Shown piece by piece: positions 13,572 through 43,513 of a stretch of 64,000 nucleotides of DNA. Both the position numbers and the translations under genes were made by a program. The stretch's first letter is position 1. Every line of letters starts with the position of its first letter. A model generated the notes under the pieces. It saw only the letters and a program-made list of their open reading frames with translations. It was not told the DNA's origin and did not search any database. Location: positions 250,003 through 314,002 of the forward strand of contig JAQGDQ010000266.1 of the NCBI GenBank assembly GCA_030141605.1. The letters are read 5' to 3'. The DNA is from Tubiluchus corallicola (taxonomy: Eukaryota > Animalia > Priapulida).

Positions 13572-14721
13572 ATAAAGTTACACTAATTTACACTGCCGCT
13601 GTATAGAATATCTCATGGTAGCCGCCATACCTGAAAATTATGACGTAACTGGACCTTTCCTTTAACTTAAGTAATTCTCAAGATTTGCCGAAAGTTCCAA
13701 CGCACGTTGTACACTTAGAAACTATTTTGTTAAATTAAAGAAAATTCGGACGATTATTTAAACATTAATTCAGAATAAAGATTGACTAAAGTACTGAAAA
13801 CTACAAAAGCTTAGACAATAATAATTACCTCAGATACTCAAATTTCGTTAAACTTTCAAAGCTACGCGCGGCTCAGTGAATCTATTAAGATAGGCAATGG
13901 CGCTTTTTTGTCACATGCGCATCGCTGACAAATAGACGGCTGTACCGTGATAACCATGACCATGACCAACTGCTCTGTTAGTTTCTGACGTCATATGAAA
14001 TAGAGCCCATTTTCGTGACATCACGCGTTTAAGCAGTAACACTTACGCAAACGTGCTTGACGCGCAAGGGAAGATGCCTACCATTGCACAAACTGTGGTT
14101 AGTTTCTGACGTAAGCAATAGCTGTGTTCGGTTACCGTTAATTATTTTTCTAAGCTAATTATTCAAATATAAGAAACAATTGTTAACTTTTATAGGCAAG
14201 AAAATGTATATTTTGGACAAATTAAAATGAGATTGAGTCTAAACAAACGTCCGGTCTTCCTTTAAGAGTGTTATTAATTTAATAACCGATTGCTACAGAG
14301 AATGCTTTACAAAATCTAATCCTGGCACGCCTGATACTGGAAGGAAAATCCAACGTTTCACGAGGTCTATAAAAAGCGCTCGCTACTACGACCGCTTTAG
14401 ACACGCCTGGCTGCTGTCCGAGATAACAAAAGCAAACATACAGGGAAAGACATGACACGTCAACAGGGAATTTTCCTGCAATTCCACTGTAGCCTTACTA
14501 CAAGCACTTAATTCTGTCTTGGCCTATCAGTTTGGCAACACGAAGTTGCGAATTTTGAGGCTTACAACCACTCTTACACACTGTGGCGACGAAAGTTGTG
14601 GTTTTCACACCAACGACTGAACTGGTAGGTGGGTTCGTCCGCGCCAGTAATTGAGGAATGTACATCTTTTTCAGGGCGAAGAGAACACCTTTTTTATTTT
14701 CAGTTAGCATGGAGCTGATTT
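13572..14721 (+). mobile_element. 1.15-kb non-coding interspersed element, copy 1, followed by (AAT)n(AAG)n(AAC)n
   Basis: Near-identical reverse complement of 30068-31214 with the same two termini (ATAAAGTTACACTAA... / ...GCATGGAGCTGATTT). Confidence 0.9.
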
Positions 14722-14908
<187 letters not shown>

Positions 14909-16167
14909 GTGAATGCTTTATTTCACAAACATAAACACAAGTACTATTAACAAATCACACACTTAAATAAACATCACCCACAGGAATACGTTACTACAGA
15001 TACAGGACTCATTTTAAGCGTATTTGATTAAAAACTACCATAATTTATTACAAACATATCTACATATATATCACAGTGCTATTTGAATACATTAATTCTT
15101 AGCAAAATTAATTCGTACCTCTTAATTTAGAATCGCGTATTGTTGAAATTTTATGCACATAGTTGTATGTTTTGCAGGGTCCAGGTCCTATCATGAACGC
15201 CAAGACAGTTGCAGCATATACTCTCAGCCCTAAAAGCATAAAACTGCACATCTTAGGGTGATTAAGTCTAGAAATGGGGCCAAACGAATATTATCCAATA
15301 TGGCCGTCGTTTTCAAGACGGCCGACAAGTTTTTCTACCGCTAGCTTACGAAAACCATGTCTTAACTGTTACAGATGATAAAATGATGATTTTGTTGTCT
15401 TAATACAGAATTTTAAGGTCAAGCAATACGCATTTGATGCTTAAGATACCAGTGACATCACTCTCTTTAGGATTTTAGGATGGCTGCCAAAATTGCTGCA
15501 GCTGCTTATGTGATATATTAGCTACGTTACACTTTCTACTAGACATAGACATACTGGTCATTTCGTCTGAAATCCTAGTCAAGCATTTCTCATTAGAAAA
15601 TCACTTTAATCTTTACAAAATCTTTTGTACATTTAGTATGTGCTCATATTTGTCTGATACACTGTCAACTTTGTTGCCAAACTGAATTGGAAATGTGGCA
15701 CAAATATTGTAAATCTTGGAAAGTTTTCTAGCTTTTTAAAAATCAATAGAGTCACAGCTCGAATTATAAAAGCGTGTACAAAAGAGATGCTTCAGTACTG
15801 ATGCTCACGAAATGCTTGAATGATGTTTAAAAACTTCACTTGAATGATAGTGAGAAACACATTACATTTTTAATTTACAATAAAAGTTGACAACCATAGT
15901 TGATAGTATGTCAGCACGTGTGCAAGTATTTCTTATGATCTACGTTCACGAAATGTTTGCTGATGCTGTAGTTTATTTTCGTTTGCAAAATACAGCAAGT
16001 CCTTGCTTAACGTTTCGCTTAACGATGCGTTTTGCCGAAACACATTAGCCGTATAAGGTTATAGATAGTATCACTTTTCCTATTCTGATCGTATAGTATA
16101 ATAGTGATTTGTATCTGTATAGATTTTATATTGATTTAATCGATTAGCCTTTTATTTAATTAATTGC

Positions 16168-17640
16168 TACAAGGTGATTTATCACCCGGCTCCGAGGGCT
16201 TTAGATGAGTCTATCGGGGCGATAATTTTGTCCCTCAAGACTGACACTTCGACCTCGCGTTGTGAGTAAGTTCTTTGACCCTCAAGCTATCTAGCGTTGC
16301 TCCCGCAATTGAGCTTTATTTAATTAATGCACTGCGAATCTACAGGATCGTATCTCGGATTTAGTGTTGCTTAACTTTGAACACTCTAAAGCATACATGA
16401 ACTCATTAGTTACGTTTTAAAGTGAATCAACTTTATTCGTTTACAGAATTTACTTCTATCTAGGTAGCTGCACAAGATTTGTCCTTACATGCTTGTGGGC
16501 GTTTACAACTAATGTATAGCTCCAAGAAGATACTCAAGCAATTCACTTAACAATTATCCAATGTCGCACTTAAGGTGCTTAATACAGTACAATGTGAACT
16601 ACAGTTATGCAGAGTTACTCTCAGTTACAAATGCGTTAAGATTACTTAACTCTGTGGAATGACCACAATGCACCTCGTACACTTGGTCAACTCCAATGGT
16701 ATTGTGAGACTTTCGTTGATTCAGAACCTCTTCGCTTGGCGTCTTCGAGTACCGATACAAGCTTGACGTCGGCCATAAAATACTCTTTCAAAGAAATTTG
16801 CCTATTGCGACTTTTTTGTTAATTAAGAGCAACTCTGCATAAGGCTATAAAGAACGATTATGTCCTCACAGAACAGATGCCTGTTCACTCTCAGCAAACG
16901 ATAAAAAACACACCTGGAATAATTTGCTTCTCATTAAATCCGTGCTTACCAGCTGGATGAGTTCCTCTATTAATCAATAAATTTATCTTATCAAATCATC
17001 AAATCAGGGAGGCATATATTTATCTCCAAATTATCGATTCATAAATTTATTCACGACAATAGAGTATAATGGATGACGTCACAACAATGGCTTTGCGTCA
17101 GCACTAAGCGAAAATTGCCAAAAATAGAACATCTAATTAACTCGTCGTCACTCCTCTTGGTGGACCTGTCCTAACATATAGCTTACACCATCGTATAGCC
17201 ATGTTCTTTCTCTTTCTAAAGAGCCGTATATCTCCATTCGAGAGTCCCACCAGGCGCCGCTAAAACGTTTTTTCTGCAGGCTGTTTGACCAAAATTTCGA
17301 AAAAAATCGCCGAGTTGGGTCCGGGAAAACGCCCGTTACGGTACGCCGTGGCCCTCTCGCAAATTCTAAATAGGCCTATGACACCCATCGCTAAACGGAC
17401 CGCTATTCATAGACAGTACCACACTCGGCCCGTTCCCGTTCTTCAGATCTCAGACGTATAAGTTTTGCAAAAAAACGGCCGAAAAATGGCCATTTTTGGA
17501 GGTTTTTCGCCCCCGTTCCTACCAGTGGGCCCGATTCGAAAAATAAGCCCTCAATGGCACGACACTAGATCGAGACCTTTCGTTTGATGTATAGATCGCC
17601 GCAAATGGTGCCGCCGTTGGAGCTGTAGCCTCGAATCTTA
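16168..17640. mobile_element. Probable non-autonomous DNA element (Helentron/DINE-like?)
   Basis: GC-richer than its flanks. Begins ACAAGGTGATTTATCACC (short hairpin), ends at (TA)n, and shares a 23-nt motif with the repeat-like block at ~9895-10745. Confidence 0.3.
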
Positions 17641-18821
17641 TATATATATATATATATATGCCAGTAGAATTAAAATATAGTCTAGCAAAGGCCCCGCAAA
17701 AAATTTTGCGTATAAATACACGTATAATCAAAAATACGCGAACATCCTTGATAGTCCTCACTTATAACGCAAAGCCAGCAGCAGCAGCTTTTACTGAATT
17801 AAAGTTATAAAGGTTATAGACAGAGTACAGAGTATAGACAATACACAGAGTATAAATATATATATATATATATCTACCAGTAGAATTAACATATACGATT
17901 CTTTCTTAATCCATTGTTACATTATATTTCGAACCGAGTTTGAATTCTGCTCATATAATAAATTATATTTATAACTGTTAATGAAAGTGTTAGTGTTAAC
18001 TTTTATCAAGAGCTCACTTAAAGACCATAACTATTCTGTAAATGCACTATCTGTTCTACGCACTAAACATCAACACACTAAAAAAGCTTACTGCAGACAG
18101 CCTTTAGCCTTCCAGAGAGACTGTAAAAAAACTAGAGAGGTAAAGATCTATTTCACAGCGCGTATTTCGTGGTTCAAGGTCTATCAGAGAATCATCACTA
18201 TCGTCTCGATCAGGCTAAGCTCTCGTAGTCAGGGATTAATTATTTGATTAATTACCTAATAAGAAGACCAGTATTGCCAGTGTATAGCAGTTATTTAAAC
18301 TCGTTTAAAATTTTGCATTTAAAATCACTGCACCAAACACTCATCTCCTGGAGTTTAAATTTTCATGTTTTACAAATCACTGCTGCTATTGCAAATTCTC
18401 CGTGCAATAAGGCAGCCAGTAGGTGGCACAAATTTTCAAGGCGATTTTTAAGCTTTATGTAAGTGAAGGGAAAGGTGTTCTTGTCCTCTTAAGAACTTCT
18501 TGTCTTCAACATGTTACTTCAAATTATAGTTTTAGGATTGGTAGAATTAGCAAGACTTACCAAGCCGTCTCATGAAACGTTATTATACTTAGTTTGCATA
18601 AAGACTCATATGAATGGCCTGTTACTTTTCTTTAGTTTTATTATGTTCATAATTTTGTAGTGCTACGTCTGTATAAACTAAAATAATTAATTTTAAACAT
18701 TCAAACAAAAGCAAAAACGTTAGAAAAAATCTTTGTCTTTAATAAAGGCGTCATTATTGCATATTAGTGCATAAAATCAGGAGATCAAGAAACCTGCTTG
18801 TCCAACACTAAAATAACTTGA

Positions 18822-19144
18822 TCAAAGGAAAATAAAGTTGGGGGAATGTAAATGTTTACAAAAAAACAGAAAGAAAAAAATCAGAAGAACTTCTGGTTTA
18901 ATAGAAAACACATGGAGCACTGCTTCTGCCTTGACACTTCTTGTTATTTCCGACTTGACGCGTGTTGTGTTGGTGGAGTTGTTGGTAGGGCATTCAGTCT
19001 CATAAAATTCAAATTCCTGGAGAGGATTCCTCTTATCGTAGGGGCGTTTCACTGGTAGAAAACAGTCCAATTCCCTGCGCGTCACGAAATTCCATTTTGG
19101 CTTTATCATCCAAACCATGCGGCAGTCACAAACTATCTTAGAAT
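18822..19144 (-). CDS. LRR gene A terminal exon (LRRCT, stalk, hydrophobic tail)
   Basis: tttttcag|SKIVCDCRMVW...CPTNNSTNTTR...VLLIFFFLFFC...L*. Confidence 0.8.
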
Positions 19145-22100
19145 CTGAAAAAAAGTTCCCACTATAAAGCCAATGTGAGAATTAATCCTCCAAGCTCTAA
19201 AGTTTCGGTAGTTAAAAACAGCAACCTGACTGGCCTATCAAACAGTTTTCAAATTTAAAATACAGAATCAGCTTTTTAACTATCCCAAAACAACCAACGA
19301 ATTATTTACCATTTTCTTAAGTAATAATGTTTCTACTGCCACCAACAGATATCTTCAAGTGATAAATAGAGGTTTAATAACTTAATGACGAACCAAATTG
19401 CTTATTCCCTGACGATGAATGCCAGTGTGTAATAGAAACTTTGTTTTTTAACAAAAATTGATAAAAATTTTACGTTATTGTCAGATGTTTAACATATCGT
19501 ATCACAACATTACTGTGCATGCTTGTGCATCAGTAAAGCATTGCTTGGTATGTTCCAAATACCTTTAACCCGATGACTTATCTTTTTACTGACTTTGACA
19601 TTAGAATTCGATATAAAGCAATGCAAATTTGCATAGTAACCCGAACGGTCCCAGTAATTAGCGTCAAGGAGCTTCAAGGCGCGTCAAACAGCATTGAGGT
19701 ACACTCAAGTTTTGTACGGACAACGATTGCAAAGACCTTAAACTTAGGATCAGGCAAAAAATTTCCGTCTATTTTACAATCTAGATCAGTAATTTTTGTA
19801 AAAATTAATAACAGTGTCACCATTTGCTTGACTGTCATTCTTAAAACTGTTATTACTCATGTATTAATTACACTCATGACCTTAAATTAGTAGAAGATGA
19901 TTTGATGTTACGAAAGTTTGTATTCGTTGCCCTGCTTTTGAAAACACTGCAGTGACCAATCACGAAATGCGTTTTACTTCGTACGATGAGAAATAATAGC
20001 AATCACACCGATTGCAGCTAGCGTGAATTTAAAGTGAAAAAAAGTGTAAAGCTGATAAAATAAAAAAAATAGATAGCATGATAACGCCAATGACAATAAG
20101 ACGCTTACGACGTATAATAACTGCCTTAAGTTTGTCTTTGAAAAACTGTGTTTCTTGCTTAATCTGAAATGTCTTTATGCTGGTGTTTCTGATTTCTATC
20201 GTTTGCAGTGAATGAAAGTAGCAATCTCGAAATTCCATGTCGAAATGTTTCATATTTGGTGCTCCAACGATTTCAATTGTCTGTATCTTCAGCTGGGTCA
20301 GAAAAAATGTCTCATCAATTTCTGTGAGCCTTTGAGCATTATATATCTTGAAATACGTTATAACAGCATTAGGCATCGGTTCTATTCTAGTTATCCTGGG
20401 ATTATCAAGAATAAAGTGGTCTACGGTGATGCCTGCCAAAAAATTGTTGGGTAGAACGAAATAGTCGTAATCGTAGATAGTCAGAGCTGACACTTTCTTC
20501 CTCATGTGATAGAGAGCCTCAGTGAGTTGGTATTGTGATAATTTTACGTCAATGCCACAGCCAATATAACAATTGTCAGATTCAATGAACTCGCATTCCG
20601 GCTTGCTTACGCCGCATTTCTTGCTATGTTGTATTGGCGGTTGAATTGTTGGAGGAGGTGTCTGGTCAGTGATGCACTTCTGGTCAATGAACCAGTTGAT
20701 AGTAAGTGCGTCAAATCGGTTATGGAGTCTGTAAGGCGATCTGCAGTCAACTTTTGATTCAAGAAAGTTCGTGCTTTTCGTCCACAGGAGATCGCAATCA
20801 CAGTAAAGTAAGTTTCCTGCAAAGAGATATAACAATACATGCGTTAGAAGCCCAGGGTGCTAAGTAGAGGTCGAGACTCAAATGTTGTTTTGGTCCAGAG
20901 CAGTACTGTTTATGAATTAGTAAAAGAACCAGCTAAAGACAATATGGCCCATAAATATCGAAGTATAAAACAGTAGTTCAGAAGATATTTTTTACTTACA
21001 ACACAAAGGATGTCTATAATAAATCCAATTATCTGCACATTTAGCATTCAGTTTACGATTAGCAATTAACAGATGAGGCTAAAATGGCTAGGAAATGGGT
21101 ACATCTCGCATGCAACAGTAGTAAACGTTTAAGTGAGCTTTTTACTAGAGTACACATTAGCTGACAGGATTGTACATTGCTTTTGGGTTATCAGAAATCA
21201 TAAGTTTAATAAATTTCTGCAATTAAATCTCTCTAAAATGAAATGAAACTACAGAGTCCATATATTACTGTAAGAATTTTGTACATTTTGGGGTACCAAT
21301 ATGATGCGCATAGCAGTATTATGCACAGTCGATGGGTTTACTAATTTTGTTCTTCTTAATGGGCTTAAACAAGGCAGTCACTTGTTACCGAAACTGTACA
21401 ATAAGTGTCTATGTGTGACGCTAATGATGATTTAATACTTACATTAACTGCTCACGTAAAGTCCAATTTGATGGCAAATGCACCCACTAGAAGGCTCAGG
21501 GTTGTGTAATTACCATATGGTTTTCTAACCGAGAAAATTATCTAGTACAACGTTTTGGTTTTAGTTTAGTCAGACTGGGACTTAAGTAGATTTTTAAGTA
21601 ATCTAGCATCCTTGAAAGGCTTTTTCTGACATATGCGTTGCTAGATACCATTAAGACTTTCTTATTATGTACAGTGCTTTCACAAAAAAATAAAATTTTT
21701 AGAGTGAATGTCTTCAACTTCTTGTGCATAAGTTAGTGTTAAACAACTGTTAATAGGGCATATTAGTGTTGATATTATTAGTTTATGAGCTGAAAAATTT
21801 CATAGCTGGATGAATGTAGCTTTCTTTATTTCTGATTTTTTTCATAGGAAAATTATAGTTTTCCTAATACGCTTATTTCTTATTAATTCTATATTTGTTT
21901 AAACATTATCTTTAAACTAACTTTACTGAAATCCCATATACATCCCGTATGTTACTTTTAACTGTCTGGTTCCCGAAAAAATTACTTTGCCTATTACGAT
22001 TAATAATATCTGTTTTGGTTTTTATATTTTTTATTTGCTTGGTATTGACGATATAACACTATAACGATCTATTTTGAGACAAACAGAAGACTTTGTGGAA

Positions 22101-24954
22101 TAACAAACTGCGCAACTAGACGTGCATAACTAACTATTTACAGCTGTCAACTTGGCTCATTGGGAGTAAATGTTAAGTTTATTTGCTGTAAGGCGTTTCT
22201 ACGTGATTAACAACAAGACATGAACATTCAGTGTACTGAGTGATTTGTGAAAAATTCCCAACTTCGAACTGAGAATTCAGATACGTGAGATATTGCTTGT
22301 TACCTTGTGAACATTATAGGTGTAAGAAGTGATGTCATACTTGTGAGAGTAAGCTTGAATGTGCTAGGATCAACTGCTAATGTTGGCTTCGCTAATTTGT
22401 TGATGCTAGTCATGTCAATGATTAACTCTCTGAGGTCCTTGCACTTGCTGAAATCCATTGGAAACGCTTTTAAATTGAACGATTCGCGTATTGTTATCTT
22501 TTTCAGGCCTTTCACTCCATCAAACACATTTCTACCGATGACTTTCAGGTCATGGTTCTGATTCAACTCAAATTCCTCTATCCATCCGTCTATTTCATAC
22601 TCCGATATTCTTTGTAGCTTGGATTGGCTTATTTTCAGCGTGTGCACTCGTTTGTGTTTAAGAAAGAAGAAAGGAATATGTATACCCGAATATTTTTCAA
22701 TGTGCAAGTAATCAACTTCGTCCTCCAATTCGGTCTGGCGAGCATAAAATGCATTGGAGTCGAGTGGCACGATTCCACATTCATAGCGGCAGATCTCCTG
22801 CCAACCAAACTGCCAATTTAAGTAGCCATAGACCTGAATAAGGCTCTTGCAATATCTCAAATTGTATTTGTACTCATAGCACCGATATTCCCGCGGGTGG
22901 CACTTTCCATAAGAGAATTGGCGGACATCATCAAAGTCTTTGTTAGGCTTCGGGCAATAAATTTCATGATGTGCCCACTTTCGATCTTTGATCCACTTTA
23001 ATCGACAATCACATTCCAGGTTGTAATTATCTGTAAAAATAGATGAGAACATTAGTTCATTTATTAAATTTTGGGAGCGTTTCAGTGCCCTGCTACCTGT
23101 ATCATCAGCTTAAATTAAAATCGAACAAAATATAATTGCAATTTAATTTTACAAAATGCTGATTGGACACGAAAATAGTAAATAGTAACAGTAAATTACA
23201 ATGTCGTGTAACAACAGCTGGGTTATCAGATTAGCCGTATGGCTTTTTCATTGAGAAAAGATAAAAGGAGCGCATTAGGAAAGAGAGAGCATCGTTAGAA
23301 TCATACCCACAAAATCTCAGAGTAGTAAACTGCCACTCAGAGATATCACTGGTTTGCACAGAAAAGAAACACGAAGAAAATGGTTTATACGCGTTTCCCC
23401 AGAAAAAATTGTCAGAAATTTTTCCACAGAAAGTTTTTTGATAGAAAAATCAAGGCACTGTTTTCAAATGTTTACTAAGATTACGCTTTCGATTTCTCTC
23501 GGCTCTGCTTCTTCCCTTTACCTCTCTCACTTCCCGCACCCTCTAACGTTCTCCCCTCTGCTTCGCTGTCTGTCTCTTTCTCTCTCTGCTGCCCTCTCTC
23601 TCTCCATCTTTCTCCCCTCTCTCTCTCACTCAACCTTTCCACCTTCTTCCCTTACGCTTTAATTACCTACAATTCTTTGACTAATAAATATAAAAAAATC
23701 AGAATCGTTTAAATGATGCGATATTTAAGGATCAACTTTGTTTTTTATTTTTTTTGAAGCTTTGTGCTACAATTTTTTAGTTCTTAAGATGTAATTGCTT
23801 TCTGGAAGTATTTTGCACTGTATCAATTAACACTTCAAATTCAATAATTTTTATGGATTTGAAATAAAATTTAGTCAAATATAGTTAGAAAAAATGAAAA
23901 CACCAAGCTTTGCGAACCACGCAGATTTGTTACTATCTTGGGGTCAATATTTGCCTAATAAAGATTCACTTGTCAACCCAACAAACGTGGGGACTGATTA
24001 TGTTATTACATGCGTACAAAGTTTTATACCGCAGCAGAAAGGGCGCAAGTTTCAGTAGCTGAGACGAGGGGGAAGTAAACGGATATGCCCCGCTAGACAA
24101 GAGCGAGGACTACAATGAAGTAAAAATTAGGTAAGTTAAATTAAGTACTCTTGTGAACAGAGAGCATTAAATTTTTGCTTTGTGCAGAGTGTGGGTGGAT
24201 GCCTTTTTTTAAAAAAATACTTACCTTTAAAGTAGATACTAATTAGCTCTGTACTTTTGTTAAACTTCGGTTCCAGGATTGTCTGCATTGAAGTACGTTC
24301 AATCCATAAGCTCTCGAAGATCGGTGATGGAATCTTTAACGGTGGTATTTCATAAATCTTGCTCCCGTACTTTATCATAATCTGCCGCAAACCACCAATT
24401 TTTGCAAATGACAGTTGGTGGAACTTGCTGAGGCTATCTACTTTCACAAACTTGAGGAAACCGATGTTTCCACAGATTCTACCTGAGCCTAGATCTTCCA
24501 ACTTTATAGCAGTTTCATCTATAACAGAAAAATCTTCCTGCGTAGAGGCTAACAGGAGATTGGGCTTATTGGCAAATTCCAAGTGATGCACATACTTTTC
24601 ACTTAGGAAAAAATGTGGCAGTGTCGTTTCACTGTAATAGCGAATTAGGAAGTAGCCAGTTTCATTAAAAATTACCTTAGCCACCTGGCCCAGTACTTCT
24701 CCTGTGAACTCATTCGTGCTCTCGCCACATACAGTAAAGCAATGGTTACGACTTGGTGTACTTCCTAATGCAACATAGTTAGGACACTTAGGACGCTCTG
24801 GCCAGTTGTTTGGGTCTTCCCATTTCCAAGCACTGCAGTCCCAGTATGTCATCGTTACGTTATATTTATATCTTGTATCCGAAAACATATATTCCTTAAA
24901 TGTGATGCTTTCCGTGCCTGCTACCAAAATAAGTAGGAAAAACGACCACATCAT
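18822..24954 (-). CDS. LRR gene A: extracellular protein with three tandem Cys-capped divergent LRR modules and a hydrophobic C-terminus (GPI or TM anchor), ~816 aa, 4 exons
   Basis: Exons 24954-24225, 23030-22341, 20816-20109 and 19144-18822. All introns are GT-AG phase 1 and the frame is continuous. Signal peptide MMWSFFLLILVAGTES. Exons 2-4 open with LRRCT-like CDC-x3-W motifs. LxxLxI repeats. The last exon has a T/N-rich stalk followed by VLLIFFFLFFC. Confidence 0.85.
20109..20816 (-). CDS. LRR gene A exon 3 (LRRCT and module 3)
   Basis: ctttgcag|NLLYCDCDLLW...VIIR; donor C|gtaagc; 708 nt. Confidence 0.85.
22341..23030 (-). CDS. LRR gene A exon 2 (LRRCT and module 2)
   Basis: tttttacag|DNYNLECDCRLKW...LTLT; donor A|gtatg; 690 nt. 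Confidence 0.85.
24225..24954 (-). CDS. LRR gene A exon 1 (signal peptide and module 1)
   Basis: ORF 24136-24954; donor AAAG|gtaagt. Confidence 0.85.
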
Positions 24955-26027
24955 TTTAGAAGATGGCTGCTTTATTGAAAGCAGGAGCAGTTATTGCTAG
25001 ATTGGTTGCCATAGGAAACGTTTGTACAGGAAACGTTGCTATGGTGAATGTTGTGTGGAAAGTACTAGTACTTCTAGTGCGTAAAACATGCTCCAACAAA
25101 CGTCAAACCTAAAACAACTTGGATAGCTAAGATAAATTAAGATGTTCAACATCAACTTCAACCAAATCTATTTTTAGGAGTACAACAACTTACGCCGTTA
25201 GCTGCAGATAGAAGTGGGTTGAATACTCTGATAAATGTTGATACCTCAACGCCTGGTGGAATGAGATTCTGAAGCAGAGTAAAACGTAAAACCATTGCAG
25301 AACACAAAGACAGTGACAAAAAGATCCTAAATGAAGTACAGCAAAACTATGAAGCAAGCCGCTTTTAAAGTTAACCTCATCAGAATCTTGTCTCTCGCCA
25401 TGATAATGAAAGTCTGGGTAGTAACAGAATTGGGTTGGGCTAATTACTTACACCGACAGTAGATGGTGCATCTGCACCACCACCAAGTACCTTACTGAAG
25501 GTCTAGAGATGCATGCACCTTCATAGACTTCCCTGTTAGGGGGTGCAAGCATCTACACCTCCACCATTATTATTATTATATTATTAACAATTCTTCTCTA
25601 TATGTATCTTATAGAAAAATTTATTATTGGCATATACATTATGATACAATGACACACATAACATTCAACGAAGCAACAACAGTATACAAATGTACAAAAC
25701 AGTGTTATTACGTTATAGCAACAGAGCCAAAAATAAACACATAACAAATAACATGTTTATTATTTTTTCATCATACGCTAACTGTATCTACACTAAAATT
25801 ATATAAAGTTATCAGTATTTACATGTTAGTACTATTTACTCTTCTTTTTTTTAAAAATGAAAATTTTGGTTCAGAATAAAAAGATCATCTTAAGATCGTC
25901 GTGAAAGGAGCAATAAAACGAATTTCCTCTTCTATTTGTTGGCTGCCACAATGTTGACATATTCTCATATCCACAGGGTCTTTATGTTGTTGGTGTCGTC
26001 CTTTTTCTATTAGTAAGTTATGTGCAC

Positions 26028-26547
<520 letters not shown>

Positions 26548-28630
26548 CCTTATGTTATAGTAATAGTATTAAATCTTTATGTAACCTACTTTCGTCTAAT
26601 GATCTAAGATTTAAAAAGTTCAGTCATAACGGATATGACACATAAGTAACGTTACGTCAGACATAATACCATTGAATTGATTCAATTTTATCAACATTAT
26701 TCAGCAACATGGGGCTCCACGCAGTTGATTTTAACAGCCTTTTCAGTTCTGAATAGTGATGAGCAAGATGACATTATGTCTTTCACATAGGGGGCGTGAA
26801 TGTTTCACCTACATGTTTTATATCGCAGAGGTTATAGTGAAAAACATTGTAACGATCAGACATTTTCGCCTAAGCATGTTTCAGCTAATAGCAACTTTTT
26901 TCCATAAGTTAAAGTTCGTATTTCATGATGTATCATAGTATTTGTTTTTACTGTTACCATGCTGATGAAGCTTTAGTGTTGCTTACTTTTATTTCACCAT
27001 TTCTCTTTATTCTTAATAAACTAAAGAATTACTCGTAGATGAGCATCCTCTAGAAAGTAAAAGCAAACAGGCTAGTGGCTGCTATCAAAGACGAATGTCT
27101 TAAACAAAAATTTCCCTATATTGGCAGCTTTTCTACATCCCGATACGCAGTGACGTTTTCTGCACACAGGAGCACAACATTTGAAAAATAATGATGAAAA
27201 ATAAATAATCCATAATTATTTTTTGTCTAGAACGACCCTGAAACTACAAGGTTTGGATCCAATGATTCACAATTTTAGAGGCATTCCTCTATTTAAATTT
27301 GACTGCTGATTGGATGAAATAAAAACCAAAAATTCAAAAAACTAGAAATGTAGTGTCTAAATGATAATGGTTTGCAGCATGCTTCAGGAATAATGCTTAC
27401 AACTCATTTGGGATAAGCTGTTTCGCCTTACACAAGAATAACGAAAAATTCTTTTTGAGTTAGTAAATACAACTTGTTAACTGTTGATACTATTTTACTA
27501 TACAATCGGGACCAAATTGTAAAACATGCAAACCTAAATGTTATACACTTTTATATTATCAACAAAGTTATAGTAATTGTTGGCAATTCGCTTATAATTA
27601 AATATAATTTATTACATCTTGTGCTTGGTTTTAAATATTTAAAATATTTAAATATTGTGTAGGCCTACATATAACCTTATGCATAGATTACATAAAAGTA
27701 GGACACCCGGTTTATTCGTAAGCCATTATCGACTGAAGTTTTTGTAATGAACTTGAACTGCAATGAACTTGACCACTACCACCAAAACCTCTTGCTTTTC
27801 GACATTTTACGTACCTGCTGCCAGACTTTATCAGCACGGTATACATCTGTATCATTGCGTACTGAATTATAATTATGTCAGCAGGAATGCATATAAGTGT
27901 TAACTGTTTTTTTCAATACATTTTTAGTTAACACTTTTTGCAATAGTGCATACTTTCCATGGGACAAATGACACTGATCAACGTGATTGGTATCATTAAA
28001 CTCGAATGCCATTCAAATTTCAATGTCCACACTATCAGCGATCAACAGCAGAAATTTAATAACTAAATGTGTGCAGGAGCGTCAACTCTGAGTAATGACA
28101 TTAAACTGTTATTACATGTCAAATCCGCAAATACTGTGTGAACAAAGAAAAATATGTTGTAATCAGGAAATTCAACGTATTTATACTTGTTTTACACTAC
28201 GCTAGTTATAATTTGTTTACCTATGTTTTGAGTATTTAGAAATGGGCGGTGTCGAAGCTATTAAACTTTGCTTTAATTACGTCAGCAATGTTGGCAAATA
28301 ACTACATTACATAGCAACGCATATTTGCAACTAACGCCAAACTAGTAATGCATGAACATATAATAATAAAAATATATTAGTCAGGCTATATAAGTGCTAA
28401 ATTTCCTATACTTTTGTATCATAAAAGCTGTCAGGCGAACAGGCAACATAAGTTTGTATAACTAAAATGAAGTAGGAATATTTGTATGTTTAAAAATTCA
28501 GAATTTAATGAAAAACAATTTTAAATTGAGACACGGTATTTTCTTATTAGGGTGCTTTTAGAATCAAGCCTTAAATACTGTCTTGCTTATTGTAATTTTA
28601 TTAACTCAGAAATTTGATTTGTTTTTCGTG

Positions 28631-43376
<14,746 letters not shown>

Positions 43377-43461
43377 TTTCAAAACGTGTGCCATAAGAGT
43401 GCAAGTTCGTGACAATACTGTAATTCGTGCTGTATTATAGCAGTGCCTATCATACTCCCCC

Positions 43462-43510
<49 letters not shown>

Positions 43511-43513
<3 letters not shown>

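Noticed and set aside
14498-14710. 70-aa ORF repeated at 30079-30291
   Set aside because: Conservation reflects recent duplication of the host element; no recognisable domain.
19560-19890. ORF 19573-19890 and coding-looking minus-strand sequence in gene A intron 3
   Set aside because: No motifs; minus-strand frames contain stops; gene A splices in frame without it.
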